Assembly (NCBI GenBank): GCA_040755755.1
Contig: JBFLZW010000002.1
Coordinates: 66,397-130,396 of the forward strand
DNA from: a bacterium
Lineage (GTDB): Bacteria; SZUA-182; DTGQ01
Direction: 5' to 3'
DNA: 64,000 nt
Under the pieces are notes generated by a model. That model worked only from the letters and a program-made list of their open reading frames with translations. It searched no databases and was not told the origin of the DNA. Below, one piece after another: positions 17,146 through 27,522 of the stretch. A program made the translations under genes and the position numbers. Each line of letters starts with the position of its first letter. The first letter of the stretch is position 1.

Positions 17146-19202
17146 AGCCTCCGGTACAGGGCCTCCGGGATATAGTAATTTTTGCGGTTCAGTATCACAC
17201 CCATGATCGGCACTGATCCGCTCAGCATTCCCTTGACTCTTCGGACGGATTCCATGCTGGTCCTGCCTGCATGGACCACCAGGATGAGGCCATCCAGGTG
17301 CGCTCCCAGCAGGATCGGATCGGAATAGGCGTTCAGGGCGCAGCAATCGAATAAGATATAGTCGAAGTGTTCTTTAAACTCCTGGATTGTTTTCTCCAGA
17401 GTGGCGGATTTCAGCAGATACAGAGGATTGATCGCCGGCTCCCCGGCGGTGATGATTGAAAGATTGGGAATTTTGCAGGACCGCAAAACATCCTTCCATC
17501 CGACCTTTTCCCGGATTACTTCCCCCAGCCCTTCTGATTTTGGCAGGCCGAAAAGGCTGTGGAGCTTCGGGCTCCGGAAGTTGGCATCCACCAGGAGCAC
17601 CCTGGCCTCTTCGGTCAGCGCAGAGGTAAGCGCGAAGTTGGCGGCCACGCTGGAAGTGCCCTCACCGGAGTTTGAGCTTGCAAACATCAATGCCTGGAGC
17701 CTGCTGCCCGGATTGGCCAGGTAAAGGTTATTCTTGATCCTCTGATACTCCTCGATGATTTTTGACGGCGGGGAGTAAATTTTCTGCTCCAGCCCCAAAA
17801 GACGGCGACTGCGCTGTATCAGGAAGCGGGGAAGAAACAGCAGCCACCCTTTCAGCCCTTCTCCCTGTTCCCTCCCCGAAGGGAGAAGGTTCAACGATTC
17901 AAACCGTTTGATATATTCCGGGGAAAGAGGTTTCGGTCTGGCTGGTTCTGCTGTCCTGAAATTTTCTGAAGGCTGATCATTCTGAAGAAGGGAGCCCTCC
18001 TTCTCCTGTCCAGGGGGGGTGCTCTGCTGCCTGGTGGCCTCGAAGGCTTTCTGCTGGCGGGCTGTCCTGCTGGCCGGCGGCAGTCCGCGGGGCGGACCCG
18101 GACTGACCATGAAGTCCTTTTCTCCTGCGGCATGTTCTCCCGGTTTTCTTTCCTGCTGCTGTTCCTGCCCATACTGCCCCAGAATTGCCCGCAGACCATC
18201 CCGCAGAAATCTTTGAGCTTCATCTTCCTCCCCTGCTGCTCCTGATGTCCGCCAGGGATACATCCTTTTGCCTGAATTGATAAGCCGGTATCGATAGTCT
18301 GGCATCTGAAACCAGTAAGCTCTCGCTTCTGCGGGTGAACCGGCAGCAGGCAGATGACTTCTGCTTCGCTGAACGAGGCGCGACTGGTCAGGTTGTATCT
18401 CCGGGCTTTCGAAGAGTGAGGAAAGATCCTGAATGATATCCTGATCGATAAGCTGCTGCTGGCGGCTGAACCCCAGGAGCAGTGCCTTGTCGCATATATT
18501 ATTGATGAGCCTTGGAATTCCCTGGGACCGATAGTAAATTTCCAGCAGCGCTTCATAGGAGAAAATATCCTGCTGGTCCCGTCCTGCGCTTTGCAGGCGG
18601 TATTCAACATAGTGGAAGCTTTCCGATTCGGTCAAAGGATCGATCCGGCAGCTCAAATCTACCCGCTGCTTGAGCTGCTGGAACGCGGGCTGGTTCAATT
18701 TGGTTTGCAGCTCCGGTTGCCCCGCCAGGATGATCGACAGGAGTTTCTGGTCAGCCGTCTCCAGATTGAGCAGCAGCCTGATTTGCTCCAGTTGCCGCCA
18801 ATCCAGGTTTTGTGCCTCATCGATAACCAGGACCACTGATATCCCCTGCTGGAGCTGGTGCAGCAGTCCCTCCCGAAGGAGCCCGAAGCTGTCTCTGGAT
18901 GCCCCTATGCCGGTAACTCCGAGCTTTTCCAGGAGATGGCCAATGAGTGCGTTGTTCCCTGACCCGGTATCGAGGAAAAAGATCATCTTAACCGCCTGGC
19001 CGATCTCCTTTTGAATGACCTGGAGAAGGGCTGTCTTCCCGGTACCTGCCTTGCCGGTAACCGTGATCAGCCCCTTCTTTTCCCGGATGGCATACAGAAG
19101 GAAAAGGAGTGTGCGCTGATGGCCGGAGCTCATGAAGAAGAAATCAGGATCAGGGGTATTGTTAAAAGGAGGACCGGTAAGCCCGTAGAATGTGGTGTAC
19201 AT
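17142..19202 (-). CDS. ExeA/GspA-like AAA+ ATPase fused to a BY-kinase/ParA-like C-terminal domain (EPS-locus ATPase / tyrosine autokinase)
   Basis: N-terminus VTGKAGTGKTALLQV...VLVIDEAQNLD (ExeA-type AAA). A Q/P-rich linker follows. The C-terminus is a CpsD/Wzc-like P-loop domain. Confidence 0.65.
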   Translation of the reverse strand: MYTTFYGLTGPPFNNTPDPDFFFMSSGHQRTLLFLLYAIREKKGLITVTGKAGTGKTALLQVIQKEIGQAVKMIFFLDTGSGNNALIGHLLEKLGVTGIGASRDSFGLLREGLLHQLQQGISVVLVIDEAQNLDWRQLEQIRLLLNLETADQKLLSIILAGQPELQTKLNQPAFQQLKQRVDLSCRIDPLTESESFHYVEYRLQSAGRDQQDIFSYEALLEIYYRSQGIPRLINNICDKALLLGFSRQQQLIDQDIIQDLSSLFESPEIQPDQSRLVQRSRSHLPAAGSPAEARAYWFQMPDYRYRLINSGKRMYPWRTSGAAGEEDEAQRFLRDGLRAILGQYGQEQQQERKPGEHAAGEKDFMVSPGPPRGLPPASRTARQQKAFEATRQQSTPPGQEKEGSLLQNDQPSENFRTAEPARPKPLSPEYIKRFESLNLLPSGREQGEGLKGWLLFLPRFLIQRSRRLLGLEQKIYSPPSKIIEEYQRIKNNLYLANPGSRLQALMFASSNSGEGTSSVAANFALTSALTEEARVLLVDANFRSPKLHSLFGLPKSEGLGEVIREKVGWKDVLRSCKIPNLSIITAGEPAINPLYLLKSATLEKTIQEFKEHFDYILFDCCALNAYSDPILLGAHLDGLILVVHAGRTSMESVRRVKGMLSGSVPIMGVILNRKNYYIPEALYRRL

Positions 19203-19220
19203 GCTCCATCTATACCTTTT

Positions 19221-20792
19221 CTACTCTTTAATATCCGGAATCGAACCCAGGACCGGCAGGTCAATCGACGCCTCAAGCTCCTCCGCTGACTCTACCGAGT
19301 GGTCAAGCATTTCCGATATGAGGGCAACGCCCAGGCTTGCGGTAATTCCCAATATAATGGCCATAAAAATTCTGAGGAGCTTGTTGGTTTTTCGCGGCAC
19401 CAGGGGAACCAGGGCAGGTTCGATGATACTGATATTGGCAAAGCGGGCTGCATCCATAGCCTCAGAAATACGGTTTTCTTCCACTTTCTTCCGATAGAGC
19501 TGATAGTTTTCTTCATCGATTTTGAGCTGGCGCTGCAGCTGATTGAATTCCAATTCGATCTTGTTGAGATCGGCCAGTTTCTGACTGCACAGGGCCAGGT
19601 TTTTGGCGAGATTGTCCTTCCTGGCCTCAAGGGCTTCCAGATCGACCTGTTTTTTCATGATCTCTTCAGTCAGCTTGAGGTAGATATCATTGAGCCCGAC
19701 ATGCACTTCGTATTGTACCGGACTGCTCAGCTCACACAACTGCGATTCCACTTCCTCAATCTCTTTTCGAATGTCGAGGATCTTGCGCTGATTGGCATCG
19801 GCATACATATTCATCATTTGGGTTTCACGGAGTTTGAGCTGGGAAAGCTGAGAGTTTAACTGATCTTTCAGGGGATCCTGCCGGGAAATCTCGGTCAGCA
19901 GAATTCTTTCCTTCTGGGCAGCCAGTTGTTCTTTCTGCTGCCGTATCTGCTCTCTGATCCCCCTGATGGTACTCTGGGTGGCCTCCAGGCTGCTTTCATA
20001 CTCCCCCTCCTGCCTGATAAGGATATCCCGCTGTAAGCTTAACTCAGCCAGGGAGAATTGTTTTTTAAATTCTTCCAGCCTCTGTTCCGATGCATCCAGC
20101 TTTTGCTTGAATTCAATAGCCTGCTCGGAAAAGAACTGATATGCCCCCGGGGTCTTATACACATTCAGGTGCTGATCGAGATAAAAGTCCAGCAGGGTAT
20201 TGACAACATCAGCGGATACCGCGGGTTCAGGGTCGGAAAAGCTGACCATAATTACGTTGGATTGGTTTACGATACTGACCGCAAGGTTTTTTTGGATCCG
20301 AAGCACCGCTGATTTAAAAGGTGACAGGGCCTCCTGAGGTGCAGGGGCAAGGGGGAGTATATAATACAGAAGATTTTTCACCTCATGAAAAATCCTGGTC
20401 AGGGTCTGGCGTATGCCGGAGCGGGGGGGAGTTTTTCCTTTCCCGGTTTTGCCTGGCGATTTCGTGAGGTCAACACCCAGCTTTGCTACCACCTTCTCGG
20501 CCAGCACTCTGCTGCGAAGAATCTCGATTTCCGAATTGATATCTTCCAGGCGGGTAATATCCATAATCCGCTCCGGAGTAGTCATCACCGCTGTGGTGGG
20601 AATAGCGTTTTCCCTCCCCTCTTTGACCAGGATTTTTGCTGTACTTTCATAGACCGGCACCTGGTTGACGATGATGAAGACAGCCAGTGATGTCACCGCC
20701 ACGAAGGTCAGCAGGATTTTCCCTTTGTGCTTAAAGAAAATCGCGAGTAAATCCCGCAATGACCTGTTGATAGTCTTCTGCTCATCCATCAT
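19221..20792 (-). CDS. Polysaccharide chain-length determinant protein (Wzz/GumC-like)
   Basis: N-terminal TM helix, long coiled-coil periplasmic region, C-terminal TM helix (FMAIILGITASLGVALI). Confidence 0.7.
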   Translation of the reverse strand: MMDEQKTINRSLRDLLAIFFKHKGKILLTFVAVTSLAVFIIVNQVPVYESTAKILVKEGRENAIPTTAVMTTPERIMDITRLEDINSEIEILRSRVLAEKVVAKLGVDLTKSPGKTGKGKTPPRSGIRQTLTRIFHEVKNLLYYILPLAPAPQEALSPFKSAVLRIQKNLAVSIVNQSNVIMVSFSDPEPAVSADVVNTLLDFYLDQHLNVYKTPGAYQFFSEQAIEFKQKLDASEQRLEEFKKQFSLAELSLQRDILIRQEGEYESSLEATQSTIRGIREQIRQQKEQLAAQKERILLTEISRQDPLKDQLNSQLSQLKLRETQMMNMYADANQRKILDIRKEIEEVESQLCELSSPVQYEVHVGLNDIYLKLTEEIMKKQVDLEALEARKDNLAKNLALCSQKLADLNKIELEFNQLQRQLKIDEENYQLYRKKVEENRISEAMDAARFANISIIEPALVPLVPRKTNKLLRIFMAIILGITASLGVALISEMLDHSVESAEELEASIDLPVLGSIPDIKE

Positions 20793-20835
20793 TGCTTCTT
20801 CCCTTCAGAATCCCTGCGCCTGACGCTCCGCGCCA

Positions 20836-21582
20836 TCATTTCCCCCGGATCAGGTCAGTAAATACCTCACTGGGGACAATCTGGTTCATATATTGATCGA
20901 CAAACTGGTCTACCTTGCCGATCAGCGTCTTGGGCACATAAACTACATCGTTCGGCTGGAGCTGAAGGTCATTTTTCACCAGCCGCTTGCTGAGAAACAG
21001 TTTCATAAGATCGACTTTGATTACCCGAAAGCCCGGCTGTCCGATATTTCTCAGGACCAGCACACTGCGCATTTCAGCGGTATTCTTAAACCCGCCTGCC
21101 GCAAAGATGGCCTGGAGCGCTGTCTTGCCGCTGCCAAGATTGACCATCTGCGGAGTGGATACCTCTCCGCCAACGTAAACCTGATGGGAATAACTTGCGA
21201 CCGCGACCGTAACTTCAGGATCACGGAGGATTTTTGCATATTTCTCCCGAATGATCTGCTGGGCCTTTGAGGATGAAAGCCCTTTCACCTTGACATCTCC
21301 AATGAGCTGCAGGGTGATCAGTCCATCGGGCCGGATAACCGTTTTGGTGTTGAGCTCCGGATGGTAATACAGGCTGATCGCCAGCTCATCCCCGGTCTGA
21401 AGGAGGTATTCGGTTTCCGACGGCTCCCCCTGGTAATTCGAGCGCATGACCTGCATCTCACCGATGTCGTCATAGGCGTAGTGCGGGCTGCATCCCAACA
21501 GGCTATGGCATACCAGGATAATGCCAGGGACCATCAGCCACCACCACCAGCCCGATCGACGGTTCCCAGTCATCTTGTGCAT
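20836..21582 (-). CDS. Polysaccharide export outer-membrane lipoprotein (Wza/EpsE-like)
   Basis: Lipobox LLGCS, polysaccharide-export and SLBB domain pattern (PDGLITLQLIGDVKV...NDVVYVP). Start taken at the internal Met. Confidence 0.7.
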   Translation of the reverse strand: MHKMTGNRRSGWWWWLMVPGIILVCHSLLGCSPHYAYDDIGEMQVMRSNYQGEPSETEYLLQTGDELAISLYYHPELNTKTVIRPDGLITLQLIGDVKVKGLSSSKAQQIIREKYAKILRDPEVTVAVASYSHQVYVGGEVSTPQMVNLGSGKTALQAIFAAGGFKNTAEMRSVLVLRNIGQPGFRVIKVDLMKLFLSKRLVKNDLQLQPNDVVYVPKTLIGKVDQFVDQYMNQIVPSEVFTDLIRGK

Positions 21583-22049
21583 CCCTGCATCCCCATTCGA
21601 TAAGCTGTCTTTTGGATGTCCGCCGGTGGAGGTCGTTTTTGGATTTTTCTGGTCAAGTTTTTTCCACCTGCCATGATAATTGGTCATTTATCGACCACGG
21701 TCTTCACCGCTGAATCACTCTGGTTCGAAGACGCTACCCGGAATAGCGTTCAAGAATTCCTGGACCTCAGGATGGATAAGTAAGGCAGAGACCGGATATT
21801 TTCTGTACCGGGCTATGCCTTTTTTACGCAAAATTCGTACCAAAATTTGGTTCTGAGCCCTCTGCAGCCCATAAAGTACCGATAGAAGGGCTGGCCCGAA
21901 AATCAGCCTTGAGCTACCCAAACAGAGAAAAAGAAACCACATCCGCAAGGGTTACAGGAAGGACTTGGTCGCGTATATTCCCCACGCTCTTGTCTGAATT
22001 TCAACAGGTTGTTGAGATTCAGACGCTATAGTATTGAGTTATCCTCGTG

Positions 22050-22078
22050 TTGACAAGGGAGTCTAATGGTTGTAAAAT
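22050..22078 (+). promoter_or_regulatory. Sigma70-type promoter upstream of dnaJ (TTGACA-17-TAAAAT)
   Basis: ttgacaagggagtctaatggttgtaaaat. Confidence 0.5.
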
Positions 22079-22229
22079 GGTGAACCGATAAAAGTAAAAC
22101 ATCTGATAATATAATTATTAATCAAAAGGTTGATAGAGTCAATCTTTTATTTCTGAAAAAGGCCGAATAGTACCATGAAACATCAGGGGGAAACAGGAGA
22201 AAGGATAAGGCGAGGGGGTACGGTATATT

Positions 22230-24713
22230 ATGATCAAGAAGGATTACTATGAAATCTTGGAAGTCCCTCGGAATGCTGCCCCGGAAGAGATAAAGAAAGC
22301 CTATCGGAAAAAGGCGCTCCAATATCATCCGGACCGCAATCCGGGCAACCCGGAGGCGGAGGAAAAATTCAAAGAGGCTTCCGAAGCCTACGAGGTTCTG
22401 AGCGATGCCCAGAAGAGGAGCCTCTACGATCAATTCGGCCATGCAGGCCTGCAGAATTCGGGCTTTACCGGCTTTAACTTCGATGATATATTCGGGAGTG
22501 ACCTTTTCAGCAGTTTCGGTGATATTTTCGGAGATTTCTTCGGGTTCAGAACCGGAAGGTCCGGCCGTCCGCGTCCGGCACGGGGAGCGGACCTTGGGCA
22601 GGAGGTAGCGATCTCTTTTCGTGAGGCGGCCTTTGGACTGGAAACCGATATTGAAGTGGAAAGACACGAAACCTGCCCGACCTGCCAGGGGAGCGGAACA
22701 AAACCCGGCACGTCACCACAGGTCTGCCGCATCTGCGGCGGACGGGGGCAGGTGCAGCGCACCCAGGGCTTTTTAAGCATTACCACCGTTTGTCCGCAGT
22801 GCCGGGGCACCGGTCAGGTGATAGAATCCCCCTGTCCGCAGTGCCGGGCAATGGGCAAAGTACCCCAGAAGAGAAAACTGCATGTCAAGATCCCCGCTGG
22901 TGTAGATAATGGCTCCCAGCTCCGGCTGCTGGGAGAAGGAGCGCTCGGAGAGCGGGGAGGTCCCCCCGGTGATCTTTACATCACCATTCAGGTCAAAGAG
23001 GATGATTTTTTCTCCCGCAAGGATGACGATGTGCTGTGCACTGTTCCCATATCCTTTGCCCAGGCTGCCCTGGGAGCGGAAATCGAGGTTCCGACACTCT
23101 CCGGGCCGCATAAACTGGAAATCCCCCGGGGAACGCAGAGCGGTACCGTGATGCGGATTAAAAAAGCGGGCTTTCCCAATGTCTACGGCAAGGGAAAGGG
23201 AGACCAACTGGTAACGATCGTCGTGGAGGTCCCCACCAGTCTTACGCCCCGGCAGGAAGAGCTGTTGCGCAAATTCGACCAGGCAGGGGATGAAAAAAAG
23301 CCGCATCAGGAGGAGAAACAGCACAAGAAGGGTTTTTTCCATTTTCTGGGATTGTTGTCGCTGGTTTTTTTTCTGCTCCTGACTTCGACTTCCCCGGCCG
23401 GGGCATCGGCGGATGCTGCCCGTGAGGGTCGCAAGACGCCAATTGTCAAAGTGGTCGAGAAGGTGAGCCCGGCGGTAGTCAATATCAGTACCGAACGGAT
23501 TGTGCGGGAGAGAGTCAATCCTTTTGGCAATCCCTTCTTCGATAATTTTTTCGATAATTTTTTCGATACCTTTCCTCCGAGGAGCTACAAGGAGCAGAGC
23601 CTGGGATCGGGAGTTATCATTGATCCCAAAGGACACATTCTGACCAATGAGCACGTTATCCTCAAGGCCTCCAAAATCAAAATCACCCTGGCCGACAACC
23701 GCGAGTTCGAGGGGAAACTGGTCGGTTCTGATCCCCGCTCGGATCTGGCCGTCGTGAAAATAGATTCTCCGAAAAACCTGCCCTATATCACTACCGGACA
23801 ATCCGAGGATCTGATGGTGGGTGAAACGGTAGTGGCCATCGGAAACCCTTTCGGCCTCTCTCATACCGTAACCACCGGGGTGATCAGCGCTGTCAACCGC
23901 ACGGTAAAGGTTAACGAAGACCTTGTCTACCACGGTTTCATTCAGACAGACGCTTCCATCAATCCCGGAAACAGTGGAGGGCCGCTGATGAATATCACCG
24001 GGGAGTTGATCGGCATTAATACTGCCATTTACCAGAAAGCCGAGGGGATAGGTTTCGCTATTCCCATCGACCGGGCCAAAAGAATTATTGCCGACCTGAT
24101 CACCTATGGCAAGGTCCGCAAGGTCTGGCTGGGGATTCGTGTTCAAAATCTTACCAGGGACCTGGCAGGCTATTTCAACCTCAGTCATCCGGCGGCAGGG
24201 GTCATTGTCACCCGCATCATCGACGGCAGTCCGGCTGAGAAGGCAGGGCTTCAGCGGGGAGACATCATCCAGAAAATCAATAGCGATCAGATCGCTTCCC
24301 AGGAGGTTTATTCCTCGGTTGTGGCCGGATTTACCGCGGACAGTGAGATGAAAATCTCGGTGTTGCGGGAAGGAAAGCCCCTGACCATCGACATTAAACC
24401 TGCCCGGCTGACCCAGGAGATTGCTGAAAAAATTGCCAAAGACCTGCTTGGTTTGACCGTCAAGGGGTTTAGCTCTTCATTCGGGGGAATGGGCGAGCGG
24501 GACTCCGGCGTGGCTGTAAGCTCTGTCCGGGGCAGGAGCCCCGTTGCCAAGGCAGGCATCCAAAAGGGAGACATCATCCGCCGGATCAATGATAAGGAGA
24601 TACAAAACCTGAAAGATTTTCAGGAAGTTATCATTGCCAATGCCGATCGGGACAGCCTGCTCCTTCTGGTCCAAAGAGGACCTTATATTTATCCGGTCAC
24701 GATCGGTTTCTAA
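22230..24713 (+). CDS. dnaJ: Single 827-aa ORF fusing full-length DnaJ (J domain, G/F region, 4x CxxCxGxG zinc finger, C-terminal domain) in frame, through a hydrophobic segment, to a DegP/HtrA serine protease with two PDZ domains
   Basis: J domain: DYYEILEV...HPDRN. Four zinc-finger CxxCxGxG motifs. DnaJ part ends near residue 350. Hydrophobic stretch [29 protein letters not shown]. HtrA catalytic triad (TNEHVI, DLAVVKI, GNSGGPL) and two PDZ domains. No stop codon between the two parts. Confidence 0.7.
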   Translation: MIKKDYYEILEVPRNAAPEEIKKAYRKKALQYHPDRNPGNPEAEEKFKEASEAYEVLSDAQKRSLYDQFGHAGLQNSGFTGFNFDDIFGSDLFSSFGDIFGDFFGFRTGRSGRPRPARGADLGQEVAISFREAAFGLETDIEVERHETCPTCQGSGTKPGTSPQVCRICGGRGQVQRTQGFLSITTVCPQCRGTGQVIESPCPQCRAMGKVPQKRKLHVKIPAGVDNGSQLRLLGEGALGERGGPPGDLYITIQVKEDDFFSRKDDDVLCTVPISFAQAALGAEIEVPTLSGPHKLEIPRGTQSGTVMRIKKAGFPNVYGKGKGDQLVTIVVEVPTSLTPRQEELLRKFDQAGDEKKPHQEEKQHKKGFFHFLGLLSLVFFLLLTSTSPAGASADAAREGRKTPIVKVVEKVSPAVVNISTERIVRERVNPFGNPFFDNFFDNFFDTFPPRSYKEQSLGSGVIIDPKGHILTNEHVILKASKIKITLADNREFEGKLVGSDPRSDLAVVKIDSPKNLPYITTGQSEDLMVGETVVAIGNPFGLSHTVTTGVISAVNRTVKVNEDLVYHGFIQTDASINPGNSGGPLMNITGELIGINTAIYQKAEGIGFAIPIDRAKRIIADLITYGKVRKVWLGIRVQNLTRDLAGYFNLSHPAAGVIVTRIIDGSPAEKAGLQRGDIIQKINSDQIASQEVYSSVVAGFTADSEMKISVLREGKPLTIDIKPARLTQEIAEKIAKDLLGLTVKGFSSSFGGMGERDSGVAVSSVRGRSPVAKAGIQKGDIIRRINDKEIQNLKDFQEVIIANADRDSLLLLVQRGPYIYPVTIGF

Positions 24714-24972
24714 GATCATACCGATAAAAAGGATGTCCTCATCTTTAACCATGACCTGTTCGATTTCCTGTCTCTTCTCCGCAGATGGAGAGCATGGATC
24801 TATTCATATATTCAATTTTGACTGCCAAAATTATCGATAACTGAAATTTATACACCGGCACAAAAGTTGCTCCTTCCGTAAAGCATATGATCGAGGCAAT
24901 CGTATGCGGCTCGCGAACATAGGCTAGATAAGAACCGTTCCCGTTGTTATCCGTTGCGGTAAGGAGATCAAG

Positions 24973-26034
24973 ATGAAGAAGTGCAATTCCCTGGGTCGGC
25001 TGCTGGTAATTTCAACCGCTTATACTGTGCTCTTATTCCTGCTGACTATGACTATCTCGCCTGGCAACTGCCAGGTACCGTCTTCCTACCCATATACCAC
25101 GTATCCTTATACAACGTATCCGACCGGCACTACGAGCGGATATCCCTACACGGTGTATCCGAGCCAATCTGCTACATCTTACTCTTACTCACCGCTGACA
25201 GGTTACACTGTTAATCCCTATACTCAGGCGACTGCCGCGGTCCCTTATGGGACCACATACGGGACTACCTATCCGCAGTATGGTACTTCCTATACTACGG
25301 TGCCATCCTACGGCACTTCGGCCTATGGCCTGCCTGTATATGGTACTTCCGGATATAATATCCTGGTGATCGCTGCTCCTTCGAATTCTTATACCAATCC
25401 CTTATCCTCGTATCCTGCCATAAGTACCTATCCAGGCACATATCCTTTTGATGGCAGAATAGCGGCCATTTATCTGCCGACGCAGAGCACCTATCCTGCG
25501 TATCCGACATACCCTGCGTATCCTGCGTATCCGACGACGCCTGCGTATTCGACCTATCCGACCTATCCTGCGTATCCGACGACGCCTGCGTATTCGACAT
25601 ACCCGACCTATCCGACATACCCGACATATTCTACGTATCCGACCTATCCGACATACCCGACGACACAGACGTATCCGACCACACCTACCTATTCAACGAG
25701 TGTATCGGGCGGGTGGAGCGGTTCCTGGGTAAGTAACGGAACCCAGGGAGGCGCTTCTCTTACCCTGACTCAGAGCGGAACCACGCTGACTGGCACGATA
25801 AACCTTACATCTTCGAATGGTCAGGCCAAATTGAACGCCAATGTCAATGGAAGCATGAGCGGTACTACCCTGCAGCTTTGGGCAACTATTAATGGAGGTA
25901 CGGATATCTTCAACCTGAGTATCATCGGAAACATTAACGGAACCGTGCTGAACGGCAATTACCGGATTACCAACAACAGCAGTATCGAGCTGGAATCCGG
26001 GACGCTTAACCTGGTCAAATCATCGCTCTATTAA
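24973..26034 (+). CDS. Secreted Tyr/Thr/Pro-rich repeat protein (TYP(A/T)YP tandem repeats) with a C-terminal Thr/Asn/Gly-rich beta-like domain
   Basis: Signal peptide, then PAYPTYPAYPAYPTTPAYSTYPTYP... encoded by tandem DNA repeats at 25490-25680. RBS ggtaaggagatcaag. Confidence 0.7.
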   Translation: MKKCNSLGRLLVISTAYTVLLFLLTMTISPGNCQVPSSYPYTTYPYTTYPTGTTSGYPYTVYPSQSATSYSYSPLTGYTVNPYTQATAAVPYGTTYGTTYPQYGTSYTTVPSYGTSAYGLPVYGTSGYNILVIAAPSNSYTNPLSSYPAISTYPGTYPFDGRIAAIYLPTQSTYPAYPTYPAYPAYPTTPAYSTYPTYPAYPTTPAYSTYPTYPTYPTYSTYPTYPTYPTTQTYPTTPTYSTSVSGGWSGSWVSNGTQGGASLTLTQSGTTLTGTINLTSSNGQAKLNANVNGSMSGTTLQLWATINGGTDIFNLSIIGNINGTVLNGNYRITNNSSIELESGTLNLVKSSLY

Positions 26035-26242
26035 CCTGAGATGAGGTAAAGCAGTATGGAGTGATTCCTGTTCACAAAACAAAACAGAGCTCCGTCTCGA
26101 AATACGACATCCTGCGCTGCTGAGGCTGCAAAAAAGGCAGGCTGGAAATCAGAATCGTCCGAAATGTATAGCTGCTTTTACTCCGGATCCGAGAGCACAA
26201 GTTCAACCAGGTATCATTCACCAGGAGAAGAGAAGGAGAATC

Positions 26243-26569
26243 ATGAATAAGGAAGAACTCTCGAAAAAGTTGAATACAAGCAAGGAAAAGCTGCAACTTC
26301 ATCTGGAAAGATTCAACTCGCTGAGGGAAGAAGGGAAAACCCAGGAGGCCCTTGAGGAACTGAAAATCGCCCTCAGTTTCGCTGCTCAAACGCTGGAATA
26401 CTCAAACTCCATACTGCAGGAGATCCATACTGATCTCACCAGTATGCCCCAGGAAACCAGGCAAAAAACCCTGCAGGCAATCGAAGGCAATTGCACCCGG
26501 ACACTCAAGATCCGTTCGGAAAATCCTTTGTTGAATATCCATGTCCCGGAGAAAAAGACCCTGCATTAG
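26243..26569 (+). CDS. Hypothetical coiled-coil protein (108 aa)
   Basis: RBS aggagaagagaaggagaatc followed by ATG. No family recognised. Confidence 0.4.
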   Translation: MNKEELSKKLNTSKEKLQLHLERFNSLREEGKTQEALEELKIALSFAAQTLEYSNSILQEIHTDLTSMPQETRQKTLQAIEGNCTRTLKIRSENPLLNIHVPEKKTLH

Positions 26570-26592
26570 TACAACGAGACATGGAAGAAGGA

Positions 26593-26668
26593 TCTCCCGC
26601 AGAGACGCAGAGGCGCAGAGAATGACCCAAAATGATATCCTCTGCGCCTTTGCGTCTCTGCGGGAGAA
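26593..26668. repeat. 76-bp palindromic element, family C (CTCCCGCAGAGACGCAGAG...CTCTGCGTCTCTGCGGGAG)
   Basis: tctcccgcagagacgcagaggcgcagagaatgacccaaaatgatatcctctgcgcctttgcgtctctgcgggaga. Second copy at 32563-32638. The arms are shared with the MITEs at 37030 and 46140. Confidence 0.7.
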
Positions 26669-26763
26669 ATACCAAACAGCACAGGAATTCCCGCTCCCGC
26701 TTAAAACCTGCGGGAACAAGCATCGCGGGAAAGAGGGGTATACAAACAGGAAAACAGCACCTG

Positions 26764-26794
26764 AAAAAAAGATACCCCTCTTTCGAGGGGTATC
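26764..26794 (-). terminator. Terminator-like hairpin plus T-run on the minus strand
   Basis: Minus strand reads gatacccctcgaaagaggggtatc then ttttttt. Confidence 0.35.
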
Positions 26795-27140
26795 ACTAAA
26801 GATGTATATATAAACTAGGGGTAGGAGGAGAGCCTTACCTTGAGTTCGTTTGTTCCTCACTCATCTGCCTTAATAGACGAGAATGAAGTGCATTCATTAC
26901 ACAAAATGGAGAAAAAATTTTACGGAACTATCAACACGGTGTATGAGTATCCCTCATTTGAGATAATCCCGTCTCCTTGATCCATATTTTCTTGCAGCAG
27001 AGGATATTTCACAGGTATATCCCTCCTTTACAAGAGCTTTTTCTTGTGCTAACATAAGGTTTTGTGCTGGTATATCAAACTGAGTAAAAATGATTGATTC
27101 AATAAAGGCTTACTGCAAATTAACGTGCGGGAGGGTAATT

Positions 27141-27410
27141 ATGCCACTTGCTAAAGAGAAAAAACAGGAAATTATCTCTTTGTTTCGTAAACATGAGAAG
27201 GATACGGGTTCTCCGGAAGTGCAGATTGCCATTTTGAGTGAGAGAATCAGCTATCTGACAGAACATTTCAAAGTCCACAAGGGAGATCATCACTCCCGGC
27301 GGGGATTGCTCAAAATGGTTGGACAGAGGAGAAGATTGCTGAATTACTTAAAAAGCAGCAGTGAGGATCGTTATCGAGAAGTCATTACCCGGCTTGGTAT
27401 CAGAAAGTAG
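27141..27410 (+). CDS. rpsO: 30S ribosomal protein S15
   Basis: [70 protein letters not shown]. Confidence 0.95.
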   Translation: MPLAKEKKQEIISLFRKHEKDTGSPEVQIAILSERISYLTEHFKVHKGDHHSRRGLLKMVGQRRRLLNYLKSSSEDRYREVITRLGIRK

Positions 27411-27522
27411 GCAATTACGCATTATTATCAAATATCTTCTCCTAAATCGACCTCTAAGAGTCAATGTTCCATGAGAGCAAGCGGATTAGAAGATTGCGGA
27501 AAAGGTGGAGGCTTACCTTATT

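Noticed and set aside
23286-23298. A7 homopolymer considered as the site of a frameshift that would separate dnaJ from htrA
   Set aside because: Neither a +1 nor a -1 shift here yields a sensible DnaJ C-terminus or HtrA start, so the in-frame fusion stands as read, pending re-sequencing.
22773-24188. 471-aa ORF on the minus strand
   Set aside because: It is entirely antisense to the DnaJ-HtrA coding region, has no recognisable domains, and is a GC-rich antisense frame artefact.
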